From positions 62,001 through 126,000 of the forward strand of contig JALDZS010000052.1 in NCBI GenBank assembly GCA_022813965.1: 64,000 bases of DNA, read 5' to 3'. This DNA comes from Toensbergia leucococca. Lineage: Eukaryota. The number at the start of each line of letters is the position of its first letter. The stretch's first letter is position 1. Positions 26,301 through 39,309 of this stretch are shown in pieces. The notes under the pieces were generated by a model. The model did no database searches. It was given only the letters and a program-made list of their open reading frames with translations, and was not told the DNA's origin. A program made the position numbers and the translations under genes.

Positions 26301-27000
26301 GGAGGAGCGTGAATTGTGTTTAGGGTTGAAGGCGAGGTGCAGTGTGTTATTGAAAATCTATGTTGGAACACTGATCTTTGCTGGATTCAGTAGAATTCTA
26401 GGATTGCAAAGAAGCGGTAATGCGATGTATGCAAAAAGCCTCGCGTTGGATGTGAAATCCCGATTCTGCAACAGGGTTCTCAGATTTTGTGAAGATGGAT
26501 CCCCTGGCCAACATTGCTCTGACTCGGCTGTTTACGGATTTGGGCAGTGAAGCTGACAATCAGGTTGGCCTTGAGCCAAGATCTCTTTCCAAAATTGAGG
26601 TAGCGAGAGCGATGTTGGCGGGAAGGGGATGCGTTGTTTGCTTGACTTCTTTACGTTTCAAGGGAGGGGGCGGTGATTGGGGGGCTGCAGAGATTGGCTG
26701 TGGTGGAACGAGGTTGGGGGTGGCGAGGGGGGGATATTGTTGTGCGTTTTGGGGGGGCGGAAGGATGTGACTAACTAGCGATGTGTTGTTTTTTTCTTTC
26801 GCACGGGAAGAATCATAGACATGAACCTCTTTCTAGTTTCTTCCGCTCCCCTTCTCACCATTCTTTCACAACATTCTTCCCAGCCCATAATCCACCCAAT
26901 CCCACCAACCCAACCCAACCCACCACCACCACAAAACCCCCACCAACCCCAAACACCCCCTCCCAAAAAAAAAAAAAAAAAAAAAAAAAAAACCCCCCAC

Positions 27001-27806
27001 TCACGCCCCCCCTTCCCCCTCCCCCACCGGCTGCTGAAACACAGCCTCCAACCGATGCCCATCTGGATCAAACACAAAGCACGCATAGTAATTCTCGCCC
27101 ACCTCGGTCCGGACGCCGGGCTTGCCGTTATCGCGGCCGCCATGCGCCAGCGCCGCGCGGTAGAAGGCGTCGACCGCTGCTCGGGACGGGGCGTTGAAGG
27201 CTAGGTGGGTGCGAGCGCCTGCTGGGGCTGCCTTTTTGGTGACACAGGCCCCCCGTGAGAGAGGGAAAAGGGGTTAGTAAGATGTGGAGACCAAAGATAT
27301 TTAGACGGTGGGGGGGTCTTGTGTGGATTTTGGATCCCCTAGGGTTCGCTCCCTCACACTTCCGCCGTTTGGGGGGGGGGAGATTGAAAACCGCTACTTT
27401 CCGCCCCCCTCCCCGGCCTCAGTGAGGAGGGGACGGAGGGAGCAATATAGTAAATTCCACACAACCCACACCCCACCCCACACCACCCCACCAAAGAAAA
27501 GAAAAGAAAAAAAAACGGAACAAGAAAAAAGAAAGACAAAAAAATGAAAATGAAAAATCGCCCGCGCACCTCGGCGCTCTCGAAAAGCGTAAACGGCTCA
27601 TCGTCGCCATCGTCACCCTCGCCCCCCCATCCCCATCCACAGACCCTGGCCGGCCCAGCGGCTTGATCGCGGTAGACTTGGCGGATGCCAAAGGTGGCGA
27701 GGACGGCGTTGTAGAAGGGCTCGGAGGCTGGCATTGATTTTATGCCGAAGGAGAGGTGGCCCAGGAGCGGAAGGCGGTGGGGGTTGTTGGGTTTGTAGTA
27801 GGTCAT
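27001..27806 (-). CDS. Glyoxalase/bleomycin-resistance (VOC) family protein
   Basis: LGHLSFGIKS..FYNAVLATFG..PFTLFE in exon 1. The last exon reads HLAFNAPSRAAVDAFYRAALAHGGRDNGKPGVR..YYACFVFDPDGHRLEAV to TGA at 27001. Internal splicing is uncertain. Confidence 0.88.
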
Positions 27807-27982
27807 TTCTTTTTTTGGGGGGGGGTTTTGGTTTTTGGGGTGTTTGGGGGGGGGTTGAGTGTGAAGGAGGTGTTAGGGGATTTATGGAAGGGGAGGGCAG
27901 AGAGAGGGGTTTTGGGTGTTTTTGGGGGTGTGTGGAGATGGGATGGGGATGAGTCATTGGAGTGTTTTGGGGGAGGCTTTTC

Positions 27983-28410
27983 GCATATTCAATTCATCTG
28001 CGAAATCTTGGCACCGCAGATCACCACACACACTCACCCCAATTCCTATGCCTACATCATACCTACATCAAATTTAGTACTGTAAGCTTAACAGCTCTTA
28101 GAGAAACATCTGAGAACATCAGTCAGTAAAAAAAGTATCACTCATCTATGAAGTTCAGCAGCGTTGTGAGTCATGACCACAGTATGTCAATTTTGAGGGG
28201 GGAGAACTATCATTGCTGTTGAAATCCCTGAAGCCTTTATAAGCGTTACTCACCTACTGAATGATGTCATCAGATGCTTCTGAGTGATTCCTCAGTGACT
28301 ATCAAGCTTACGGTACTGAATTGGATGTAGGTATGGTGAAGGCATAGGAATTGGAGTGGGCGTGTGTGGTGATCTGCGGTGCCAAGATTTCGCAGATGAA
28401 TTGAATATGC
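27983..28410. mobile_element. Foldback/MITE-like element with long terminal inverted repeats
   Basis: GCATATTCAATTCATCTGCGAAATCTTGGCACCGCAGATCACCACACAC.. is the reverse complement of the end at 28410. Arms align for ~110 bp, and degenerately to ~145 bp. No clear TSD. Confidence 0.8.
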
Positions 28411-31400
28411 TATTCTAATTGGTTTCTGATTGGTTCGAGGGATTTAGAGTATCGCTCCCGTTCAAATTACTCCTTCTAGCCAATGGAAAATCGCCGCTGT
28501 TCTGCGCACTCTTCTCTAGCTCCGTGAATATAGCACTTACCTACGTTATTCTTTCAATTATCCCTCTCTCTACTCTTAACAACAAAAAAGTCCATCCTCA
28601 CCCTAACCGATCTAATGGACGGAGGGAGATTAGAGCAACATACATTCCAGCCGTCATTTTCTCTCACACTACCTTGATGAAGTCTCATGAACAATGGGCT
28701 ACGTAAAGGTGGTTCATTAGGGAAGGTGGTGGGGATTTTCGCGTTGATGGATTTTCTACGTTTTTATCGCTGTTTTGTGAGCCATAGGTAGCCTCGGTTG
28801 TCACTATTTACAGAGCAGAGATAGTCTCTTCTGCGACTCGATTGTCTGAGTCTTCTCTTTCATCAAAGGGGGTTGAATTGAACTGAACTGAGAGCTTCGT
28901 TGGTGAGTGTTTTGATTTTTTTCAAGGAACGACTGAGAGACATGAGGGGCGGAATATCACGGGTGTGATGCTTAGACGGCTGACTAGTATCTAGATTATG
29001 AAGTTCTGCTGCTGTAGATTGCTAGAGGTAAGATCTTAGTGAACTTGAAGGTGCAATGTAGCAATTTATTGGAGTAGTGAAGGTGAATTTCTAGGTATGG
29101 TTGCAGCATATGGAGTGCTAAAGTGCTGATAGATTGATAAGCGGAGGTGGTTTGAGGAGCGGGGATGTGACTATCTTTACTCAGTGAGAGTGACTGTGGA
29201 GTGTGAGGTTAGAAACACGAGGCTAGTCTATGAACATGGCTGGATTTCTATCCAATGATGAGCCTTTGACTTCTTTGATAAGGTGTATCTTTCATCGAAT
29301 CAACCTTTGTTTCATGCCTTGGCGGCTCAAATTGTGTATATTCATGAAGGCTTGACTTTTAGAGACACGCAACTAACATCCTGACAATCTAAGGGGCGAA
29401 TGAGCGAATTGCGTGACATGGGAGATATTAAGAGTCTTCAAAGCTCACACACAGTCCATGGATATTTGCCCCCCACCGATGAAGGCAACCCACATATGAC
29501 CACCAGGATCATGAAGTCCGCGAACCATGAAACCATGAGCATCTTTTTAATGTGGATTTTATTTGTACGAGGAGACGCTAGTGACAATATGTATCAGGTA
29601 ATTTGTGTGTCTGAACTTCCTTAGGTCGTAAGACTTGATCGTGCAGACTGTGTGCTTTCTTTTATCTCTTGGACTGAGGGCATGACAGTCCTTGAATGTC
29701 GCCTCTGAGAGGAACATAGGCTCAAATTACATTCACTACATGGCAGTGTAGTCTTGTACTTTGTAGTGGGAGCGGTTTGTGGAAACGAGGGGAGTTGTGT
29801 TTGATTAGGAGGAAAAGACCTAGTGCGTGCTATGTTTTTGCGTGGCTAAGCTGGAAACGCGAGAGACAACAAAGTTAGTAACATTAATGGTGATGCTAGG
29901 CCTCTGCTGGAATTTTAGAGGCTTGATAGTTGAGGATAGCTTGGGTGTATATCGGGGACAAAGGGGAGAGGAGAGCCTTTGATCGGATAGAACTGATTGT
30001 AACAGTAGTCCGACTGCATGGTCTGCTATTAGATTGTGGAGAGCTCGTGATCTTCGTGAGCGTAATACGTAGGATGATAAGGCTTTGCGAAGTGAAATGG
30101 GTTGTGGAGTTATGGATTATCTTCCTTTCATACCCGTAGAATAAGGCCACTTTCAAGAAACAAAGATTGACAACACCCAGTAAATCGTTGCGGGCCAAGA
30201 TGTCGCGGCAGTAAGTAAGGAAATTCAGTTCAAAGAGATCTCTCATCGCCCTTCTTTGAGCCGGAACCTCACTTCGTCCACCGTTTGAATAGATGTAAAG
30301 GAAGGGTCGTAACAAGGCACATGGAATAGAAGGATTCGCAAGTGTTGATCACGTAGCCTAAGGCTGTGATAGAACAGGACGGCATCTTGAGATCAATACA
30401 ATCCTGATAATTGAACCCTTTCTCTCAAGTACCGATTCCTACGCCATTCAAGTCTGGGACCTTCGATGACTCTGGCTCGGGTTGAGATGAGTGCGCGAAC
30501 TGAAAAGTGATCATTGCGTTGAGATAAGGCGGTATGACTCGTACTCTAAGGCATTGTGTTATGACCGTAATTTTGGGACTTGGTATTGAACTGATACGTG
30601 TTGCTTCGATGCGGTAAACCACTGTCATTGATTGCCCAGGACCCTCTCGAATACAAGGAGGCTTATGCAATAAGGAATTGCCGCCGGCGATCAATCCAGT
30701 CTCAATACCCCATACGGGTCCCGAAGCTTCAGTAACTTTGCAGGTTACCTGATATGTAAGCATGATTCATCGTCTTTGAAGCTTTGACTCGAGCATGTCG
30801 ATTGGCCGCTTAGAAGAGAGGCCGCTCCTGGATGTTACCCAAGTTGTGATGGTGGAAGACAAATGAAGTATGCTGTGAAATTGTCGTTCAAATCAGACGA
30901 CACTAATTGCCGATCAGGTTCTGGTGACAGATAAGCACCGTTCCAAAGCTAGATAAGCATTATGCACGGCAAAGGTATATAAAGCCGCTCAACCTCGGAA
31001 CTGATTCTGACCCAAACGATAGCATGTCTGGTTAATATTTGGAATTGTGCAGGAAGATTGATGGCTCGACTAAAGGAGGGTGGCGTAGTCTGCTCGAACG
31101 TACCGAGTAGAGTGTTCCAGTTCCACAAAGTTGTCTCGCGACTTTTGTAACGCATGAAACAAGTCAGTGGTGATTCAAAAGGTGGGAGAAGGAATGTCTG
31201 GCGTACTTCATGCACATAATCATGGTGGGGAGCTTTTCGACTGATAGGCCGGCAAGAAGGGAATCCTGCCTTGTTCCCTTCGGCTGCCCACCTCGACCAG
31301 AAAGTCTTTCCTCTTCGCGAGGACGAATGTTGGAATCGCTAAAAATGGCCGCAATGGACTGGGCCACGCATGTAGTGCATTGGAGAGAAAGCTAGAATAA

Positions 31401-32952
31401 AATGTTAATAGAGTGGCATGATTCTTTCCAGACATCGGAAATGATACTGTGCGCGCCTATGGTGGGATCGTTGACTCACACTATCTTTTCCCAGGTATGT
31501 TGCCCGTGTTGTGGCAATCTAACTGAATGTTCCAAACTCCACATAGTCAGCAGGGCTACGACATATAATAAATAATTCATGTTAAATGAAGGCACATCTC
31601 GCAGCGTCCAGTGAATTCTCGATCCGATGTATTAACGAGGTTTGCAATCCAAACCCTCGTGCCATAGCACTTCATACATATCAGAGCATGCGACATCCAA
31701 AAGAAAAGAGCGCTGCATAAGTGTGGTAAAAGATATTGGTTCAATTGTGCAATCGGATAAAGATGCAGAAGTGGGCCTGAAGCAAATGCAAGGCGGAAAT
31801 TGCGGATCCTGTATAGGCGGAGACGAGGATTGAGAGGTCTCATACAGTCCCATGGCTACGGCTCCGATGATTTGACATGATGTATCTTCATGCAGCTAGA
31901 GACTCATCACCCTGTAGGAGATCAATATGGCAAGCTATGAGAGCCGCGACATGTATCAGCTAATTCCCACAGCGGCTTTGGCACTCATGGCATCCCACGC
32001 CGATAGCACTCACAACCAGCAGATGGTCAAGCGAGACACCGATGAGGTGTCACAGCATTCCGGAGACAGGATCATTATTGAGAGCGCGAAATCATAATCG
32101 AAGCGTTCCATGTTGGTGATCAGGCGCCCGAGGCGTTGCTCTTACTTGGGCTTCATTTGGTCGCATGGCAGTCGGCGGCAGGACATTTTGTCAAAAACTG
32201 GAATCATCGTAGAATTAAATCAGCATCGGTGACTGGAACCGAAAAACCATAGGCCGCAAATCGAGCTGGTCCATGAGACTGGGAACCCCACTGGCAGTCT
32301 GGAACGTGTGTGGCCAAGACACGACGACGAGCATTGCATGCGAGAAGTCAAGTTCAAGCACCGCATAGATGCAGGATAAATCGGGATTGGGATTTGGAAG
32401 ATGCGCTAGAGTCAGGCAAACAGGGATGGCTATCACCAAGTGACAGGAGGAGAAAGCAAGGGCAGTAGGACGAAGGAAGATCATAGGCAGAGAGCAGGTA
32501 GCCGGCAGCTTTTACGCATCAAGAAACGATACAAGTGGGCGGGGAGAGTCGGACGTTGCAATTCCCGTCCCAATCCACCTCCAGCGCTCCTCGTTGCGCT
32601 CCAAGCAAATCGATGGGATGATGAAGAGGCGAGAAGGTGGATGATTTCACGACTCACAAGATGCAATTTTGGGGCCATTCCATAGAAGGGCCACATCTGA
32701 GGGATGGTGGAAGACTGGAGCAGGCAGGGGACCGTCAATCGTCATCAATTAGAAATCTGTGTCGCCATAACAAACCGTTGGACCTTGACCGACACTTGAT
32801 CAGCCAATTAGTGTCGTCGATCCAACGGCTCAACACGACAGATGGTGGGGGACGAGTGGAGGAGGACAGATCGAAGCCATCGAAGGCGCGCTAGAAGGCT
32901 GAATGGAAGGAATCGAAGACAAGGGGTCTGGCCATCGGCGCATAGGAGCCTC

Positions 32953-32990
32953 TAGCCTGCTCGTCGCCTGCTCGTAGCCTGCTCGTAGCC
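32953..32990. repeat. 11-bp tandem repeat, about 3.5 copies
   Basis: T(A/C)GCCTGCTCG units upstream of the sugar transporter. Confidence 0.7.
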
Positions 32991-33466
32991 TCCACTGTGC
33001 TCATTCTAAAGCTCTTCCACTTACGTCTTAGCGTCAGATGTGGGGTAGTCGAGCTCGGACCAATCACTCATTTCCCATTTCCCATTTCCCAGGTCCCAAT
33101 TCCTTCCAAGTGACAGACGACTCACCGTCCTGCGCTTGTACCGCCAACGACCACAATGCAGCGGATGACCTGCAAAACAATCAATGCGACAGGCGCATGT
33201 GGGATCTAGCATCCCTATATGCGCTCATATGGCTCCCCACCTTCTACCACACGCCTACCGCTAGTCAACCTCCTCCGCATTGTTTCGGCCACCGTCTCAG
33301 ACTCTCCCATGTCAGTCTGTTGCTCATATAAAGTCGTTCGTCTGTCTCCGCAGCAATCTCCCATAGATCTCCTTCGAGAGCAGACCCCGACCCTTTGCCC
33401 ATTTGCCCACCGGATCCGACCCTCTGCCCGGTGAAAGGCAGCGAATCACCCTGACTAGCTCCCGCC

Positions 33467-35463
33467 ATGGATATTATTCCCAAAAGCAATGTCGTACACA
33501 AGTATGAGAAACGCAAGCTTCTCATTGCCATCAATTGTGTGGCGGGCTTGTCCATCTTCTTTTTCGGTTACGATCAGGGTATGATGGGCGGTGTCAACAA
33601 CGCCAAGAATTACTATGACACCACCATGAAATTCGGCCATCCCGACCCCAAGACTGGTGCCCCCGTCATTGACAACACTCTACTTCAAGGAGGAATCGTT
33701 CGTCTTGTCTGATCGCTGCCTGTAGACCTCCGCTAATAGTGTCAAGGTCTCGGTCTACTATCTCGGTACTCTGATTGGCTGTCTCGTGGGAGGTTCTTTT
33801 GGAGATCGATATGGACGTATCAAGACCATCGCGCTCGGTGCTGGATGGGCCATTCTTGGTGCTACTCTCCAAACCTCTGCTCAAAACCACAACTGGATGA
33901 TCTGCGGTAAGGACGGGACTTCTACGCCGTGGTGAGCTTTGCTGACTTGTCCAAGCTCGTCTGATCAACGGATGGGGTACCGGTATCCTCAACGCCATCG
34001 TACCTGTATGGGCCACCGAGACTGCCGAGCATACGTCTCGTGGTCAATTCGTCGCCATTGAATTTACTCTCAACATCTTCGGTGTCGTGGTTGCATACTG
34101 GCTCGAATAGTGAGTGGATCCTCTGTCCACCGCGTATCACGATCTTCATTAGCTGACAACACTTTTTAGTGGCTGCTCCTACTATACGGCCAACGATGGC
34201 AACTCTTCCTTCGTGTGGCGTTTCCCCATCGCCTTTCAAATCCTTCCCCTCATCTTCCTCTTCTCAATCGTCTGGTTCTTCCCCGAATCTCCTAGGTGGC
34301 TTACCAAGGTCGGTCGTGAGGAAGAAGCTCGCTATATTCTGGGCCGTCTCCGTGGTGAGACTGGTGCCGATTTGGGGAAAGCCGAAGCCGAGTTCCAGGA
34401 TATCCGCAACATCGCCGAGCTCGAACGAAAAACCACACATGGACGGAGCTACTTCCACATGTTCTTTGGCATTGGCTCGGGCAAACTTCATACAGGTCGT
34501 CGTGTCCAGCTGGTCATCTGGCTTCAAATCATGCAGGAATGGATTGGTATTGCCGGTGTCACGATTTACGCTCCCACCATTTTCCGTATTGCTGGCATCA
34601 GTCCCAAAGACGCCGAATGGGTTTCTGGTCTCAATGATATCTTCTACATGGTATGTTGCACCCTAGATCATTTGGTTTTTCGTTTCTAACCATCACACTA
34701 GTTTTCGACTCTCATCTGTGTGTTCACCCTTGATCGCATTGGGCGTCGCATCACTTTGTACTGGGGTTCCGTCGGCCAGGGAATCTCCATGTTCCTCGCC
34801 GGAGCCTTTTCTCACTTGGGTCAGAATGCTAGTATTGCCGGGAACACCAAAGCGGCTGCAGGCTATGGTGACGCCGCTGTTGCTATGATTTACCTCTTCA
34901 CCTTCACCTTCGGTGCGACATGGTTGACTGTGCCCTGGTTGTACCCAGCCGAGATCTTCCCGTTGGAAGTCCGAGCCAAGGGTAATGCATGGGGTGTTGT
35001 CGGATGGTCTGTTGGCAACGGCTGGCTTGTACGTTCCTCGCTGCACATTGTCTATAATATGCACAAGTACTAATATTCCTTCCTCCAGACACTTCTTTGC
35101 CCTGTCATGTTCAAGGCCCTCAACGAAAAGACATATTACATTTTTGGCGCCTGCAACGTCATCACTATCCCCATGGTCTGGGCCCTCTACCCCGAGTCCA
35201 ACCAGCGCACCCTTGAGGAAATGAACCTCCTCTTCGCTGCCGATAGCATCTGGAACTGGGAAGCCGAACGTAACTTTGCCATCCTCAAGGAGGAGAACCC
35301 CGAGCTTGTCCAAGCTGCCGAGCGAGGCCACTCGGTCGTTGATCCCGAGACTGGCCTACCGCGACGAGGAAGTGTTGGGAGGAAGGGATCACTGATTCAG
35401 GCTCTACACGATCGTGATCAGGATGTTGATGGACATGAAAAGGCGACCTTCAAGCATGGTTAG
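33467..35463 (+). CDS. Sugar porter family MFS transporter (STL1-like sugar/polyol:H+ symporter)
   Basis: Multi-exon. Motifs FFGYDQGMMGG, GDRYGR, VPVWATE..RG, WRFPIAFQ, PESPRWL, DRIGRR, PWLYPAEIFPLEVRAKG and YPESNQRTLEEM. Confidence 0.95.
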
Positions 35464-36473
35464 AGTAGTTCAGCTGGGTGCTTGGACGGTGATTTCAATG
35501 ACTGCATCTTCTTCTCGCCATGTCTGGTATTTTTGGTCTTTGGTGGAGAATGATATCCTGGGTCAGTCGTCGGTTGGGGATATCTTTCAGTTCGCTCGTT
35601 ATAGTGTAGTCGTTGGTTTTCACGCTTGTGAGGTGCGTATATAAGAGACTTTCCCTCTCCAATGAAAGATGAGGTCTTTGAGATGGTTTCATTCCCGTTT
35701 CGGATCTCATTGAAGCCGAGTGACTGAGACAGGGACGAACTAGAATCTTACCTAGGTTGATAAGCGCACGAAGACTTGGCTGACCTGCTTCAACTGTCTG
35801 CGCTGCTGTGTTTTAAACCAAGCTAGGTGGCTTCCTATACTTGTAAAGCTGTGGCTTGATCATTGAGAACGTCGTGGTGGGCCATTGACGAGTGCATAAG
35901 GGGGTCATTGCGCCACCCTCTGTATTAGGCAATACACTCGAAAATTATATTTTCACTCAATGGTATCCATCGAGTTAGGTATGCTTTCGGAAATTGTAAT
36001 ACTACTTGCCTGATAAAGAGAAGTATAATCCATGTGACAAATGCCTAGCTATCAGTCGTGGTTGGCGTTTACCTCAGATTTGGTTCGAAATCCCGAATGG
36101 TGCGGGTACAATGCTGCAGTGATCATCTTCCCAAGCACTGTAAAACATCCTTCACCACTTGGACGTATGAACCTCATGATCAACCATCTTTTCTTGCCAG
36201 GAGGGACTGAGCTGATTAACAGGCTAAACCGCTGACCAGAAAGACAGAGAACCGGAATGTGATCAAGGCAAGGTAGACTGCCAGGCTGCTTCTTTGATGT
36301 CGTACAATGCCTTGAGATCGGCACCTTTGCCATGCACCAACACCTTTCAGTGCCATTCATTCAGTGTTCCACAACAGATCTGAATGTTGTTAGTGTCGTG
36401 ACCAAATAAGGTGTCCCTCTATGACATCTCACCTCCACACCCCCTTTACCAACATCTTCTTCTCTTCTTCAAA

Positions 36474-37684
36474 ATGACAATTGATACCACATCCCACGAT
36501 TATGTGCTAAGTCGCAGCCTTCTTGCATCCGCACGGTAGGGGTCACCATGGTCAACGAGTAGATGATATGAAAACAGCTAATGTCCAACCGCTTAGCTTA
36601 AACCTCCAGCATGTATCAGCTCGCTTTGCCCCCTGAGTTCATCGCGGTAGCTATAAAGACTTCAGTATCTCTGGGTGCAAGACACAGGATACTTGCTTCA
36701 TCCAGCTATCCCTCAAGAAGGAGACCTACGAATCGCTGACATTGGCACTGGCACTGGGTAGTCCGAGCCTCAGCTCTCTCATTACACCATTTTGGCTAAT
36801 CATGCCACAGGGTATGGCTTCTGGACCTCGCCACCAAGCTCCCATTCGCTCAACTTGACGGCTTAGACATTGATCTTTCTCAAGTTCCGCCAGCGAAATG
36901 GCTTCCTGCGAACGTGTCTATGCGTGCGCTGGACATGCTTTCTGACATCCCAGAAGATTTGATGGCTAAATACGAGCGAGGCCTCTCAAACAATCAGGCT
37001 TAAAAACACGTTGCAGAGATCTCCTGCTAATTAGTATTTCAGCATTATCCACTTACGTCTCTTCATGTGCGTAGTCAAACAAATCAACCCGGAGCCATTG
37101 CTTCGAAATATCTTGAAGTCATTGAGTGTGTTGTCTCCCTCGACCAAGCAGATTCAATCACTGGGTGGCTGACGCCCTTGATGACAGAACCTGGAGGCTG
37201 GCTGCAATGGGGTGAGTTTGATTTGCAATCAAGTACATTCATTACTACTGGTCCTGACGTGAGTCCCAACACATTGAAAGAAGTGGCCAAATTCCCTAGA
37301 GCGCTTGGAAAAACCGACACGCGGATGGACCCCAGGTACGCAGGCCTCTCAACTAGAAAATGATAGGACTTTTCACTCCCCAGATATTATCTTTCCCGCA
37401 CCTCCAGTTGGGTCCCGTCTCTGGCAAAAACTTTTCAAGAAAATAGGTTGACGGTCATGGTCACCGACCACAAGCCGCAAAACCTAAGTCACTTGGCATT
37501 AACAAACGATGTCAACCTGATGGCGTGGGAGGAGATGCGACAGGGTATGGACCTAGAGCACGCTGAAGCATACAAGGATGTGCTCCGGCGGTTTGGAGAA
37601 GAGAACAGAGTGGCGAAGAACGGAGTCGCGATGAGCATGGAAAAGTGGATAGTAGTAGGTAGGAAGCAGATCGAGGAACGATAA
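36474..37684 (+). CDS. Class I SAM-dependent methyltransferase (fungal LaeA-like/Methyltransf type)
   Basis: About 7 exons: DYVLSRSLLASAR/LNLQH/YLW..GYLLHP..RIADIGTGTG/VWLLDL..LDGLDID..WLPANV..KYD/IIHLR../PGGWLQWGEFD. Confidence 0.88.
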
Positions 37685-37929
37685 TACTCTGCCTCTCCTT
37701 GTGATATTAGGGATACTCAGGTACCTTTCATATCTCCCGTTGACACGCAACACCGACATTTTAGGCAAGCAAGCGAGCAAAGAAATGTTTCCCATTGACT
37801 GTCATAGCCACAGTATCAATCATAGCTTTCGCTAAGATGCTGCGACACTAAAATGAAGTGGGATGACCTCCTTAAAAGGGAGAGGTAACGGAATCACTCT
37901 TGGGCTAAACACCCACGTGACACCTTAGT

Positions 37930-39250
37930 ACTTTGAATGTACGAGTACGAGTATCATGGGAACGGGTTCACCAAAGTATGAAAACAATAGCCATTGTGTG
38001 CCATGAAGCACATCATGTTTAAAGTCTGAAGGTTCTCCTTTCCCCCAGTCTTTGACTGATGAATTTTGTGAAACTGAAAAAATCAAGTAAGAAATATGTT
38101 CCCTCTCTTTCAATCTGCAAGCATCAATCATAACATCTTAAGCTAAGATACTCACATTAAACAATGTTAAAAAGATGAGAATAAACCTTCTTAATAGGCA
38201 GAGATTTAAATGAAAATTGCTCTTAACATAATATCTTATTTATTCAGCAGCTTGAGTGATTATAAGGAGAGAGACTATTTTAAAAAGCTTTTAATCAAAT
38301 TAAGAATCTGAAAAAGTGACTGTTTGTGTTATGATGCACAGAAATATTTTAAAACCTTATGAGTAGTCATAGATAGGTAGGTAGGGCTTTTTTTTAACAA
38401 CAAATTGCAGAACTTAGCAAATTGCTGCAACTGTCTAAGCAAGAGAGTTTTTTTTCTTGTTTTCCTCATCTCATAGTCACAGTATTAATTATAGCTGATA
38501 TGAGAATACTCAGACACTGAGATAAAAGTAAGATAAAATCTTATTGATTGATGAAGGTTTTAAATAAAAATTGCTCTTAACACATAAAGAGTCTCTGTGT
38601 TCTAGCAGCTTGAGTGATTGTGAAGACAGAAAAGAATTATTTAAGTGCTTTAATAAGGCGTTGTGAGTATCATAATGCCCTGTTTTGAAAGAGATTACTC
38701 ATTTACTTTTCATTGAATGATCAACAGAATTGAAGAATAAGGAAGGGGTGAAGGGATTTATGAAAGCATTTGTTTGTTTTTGTTTGAGATGAGTCATTCA
38801 CACACACTTTACTCAAGGTACCTTATGGGCTGAAATATTCTAGCTCACTCAGAGTAAAAAGCACTTGACTCACATTATCTCAAGTCTCCCTATCAATCTC
38901 TGCAAAAACATCATGCTGAAAGCTGAATTTTTGCAGACTTATTATTGACTGCTTCAGACATAACACTTGACCTTTTATACAACATACTGTCTCTGATAGT
39001 CACCTTCATCTCATCATTTCAAAAAGTCAATCAGTCTTTGCTCTGACCCTAAGAAGAACTCAAGTGAGAAAGAAACCCTATCAATGTGATTTCCCTCATT
39101 GAGGTCAAGAAAGAAAAAGCATGACAAAAAAAAAGAAGAAAGTGAATGACATATGAAAGGATTTACTTACAAAAAAAGAAAAATTCTACATCATGATGCT
39201 CGTCAACCACTCAAAGGTATTGTAAAATCATCATATCTTGAAGAAAAATA
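37930..39250. repeat. AT-rich, CpG-depleted degenerate repeat or TE relic with internal duplication
   Basis: Almost no CG dinucleotides. TTTAAATRAAAATTGCTCTTAACA and AGCAGCTTGAGTGATT occur at both ~38205-38261 and ~38559-38620. Confidence 0.55.
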
Positions 39251-39309
39251 AAAAAGAAGAATCAAACCCACAACCCTAACCATCTCTCACCACCTGAACC
39301 CCCAACCCA

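Noticed and set aside
24000..26600. Divergent fragmentary ORFs (24886 minus, 24987 plus) with some splice-like signals
   Set aside because: No stop-free spliced model or family motif could be built; possibly pseudogenes.
29896..31400. Chain of short minus-strand ORFs
   Set aside because: Multiple stops and frame changes with no identifiable domain.
34693..35331. Long antisense ORFs over real genes (also over HEL2, PRT1, CSI2-like and RCY1)
   Set aside because: Shadow ORFs caused by codon bias on the coding strand.
39272..39282. Telomere-like AACCCTAACC (similar at ~28600)
   Set aside because: Isolated matches in C-rich sequence without surrounding structure; they show such motifs arise by chance.
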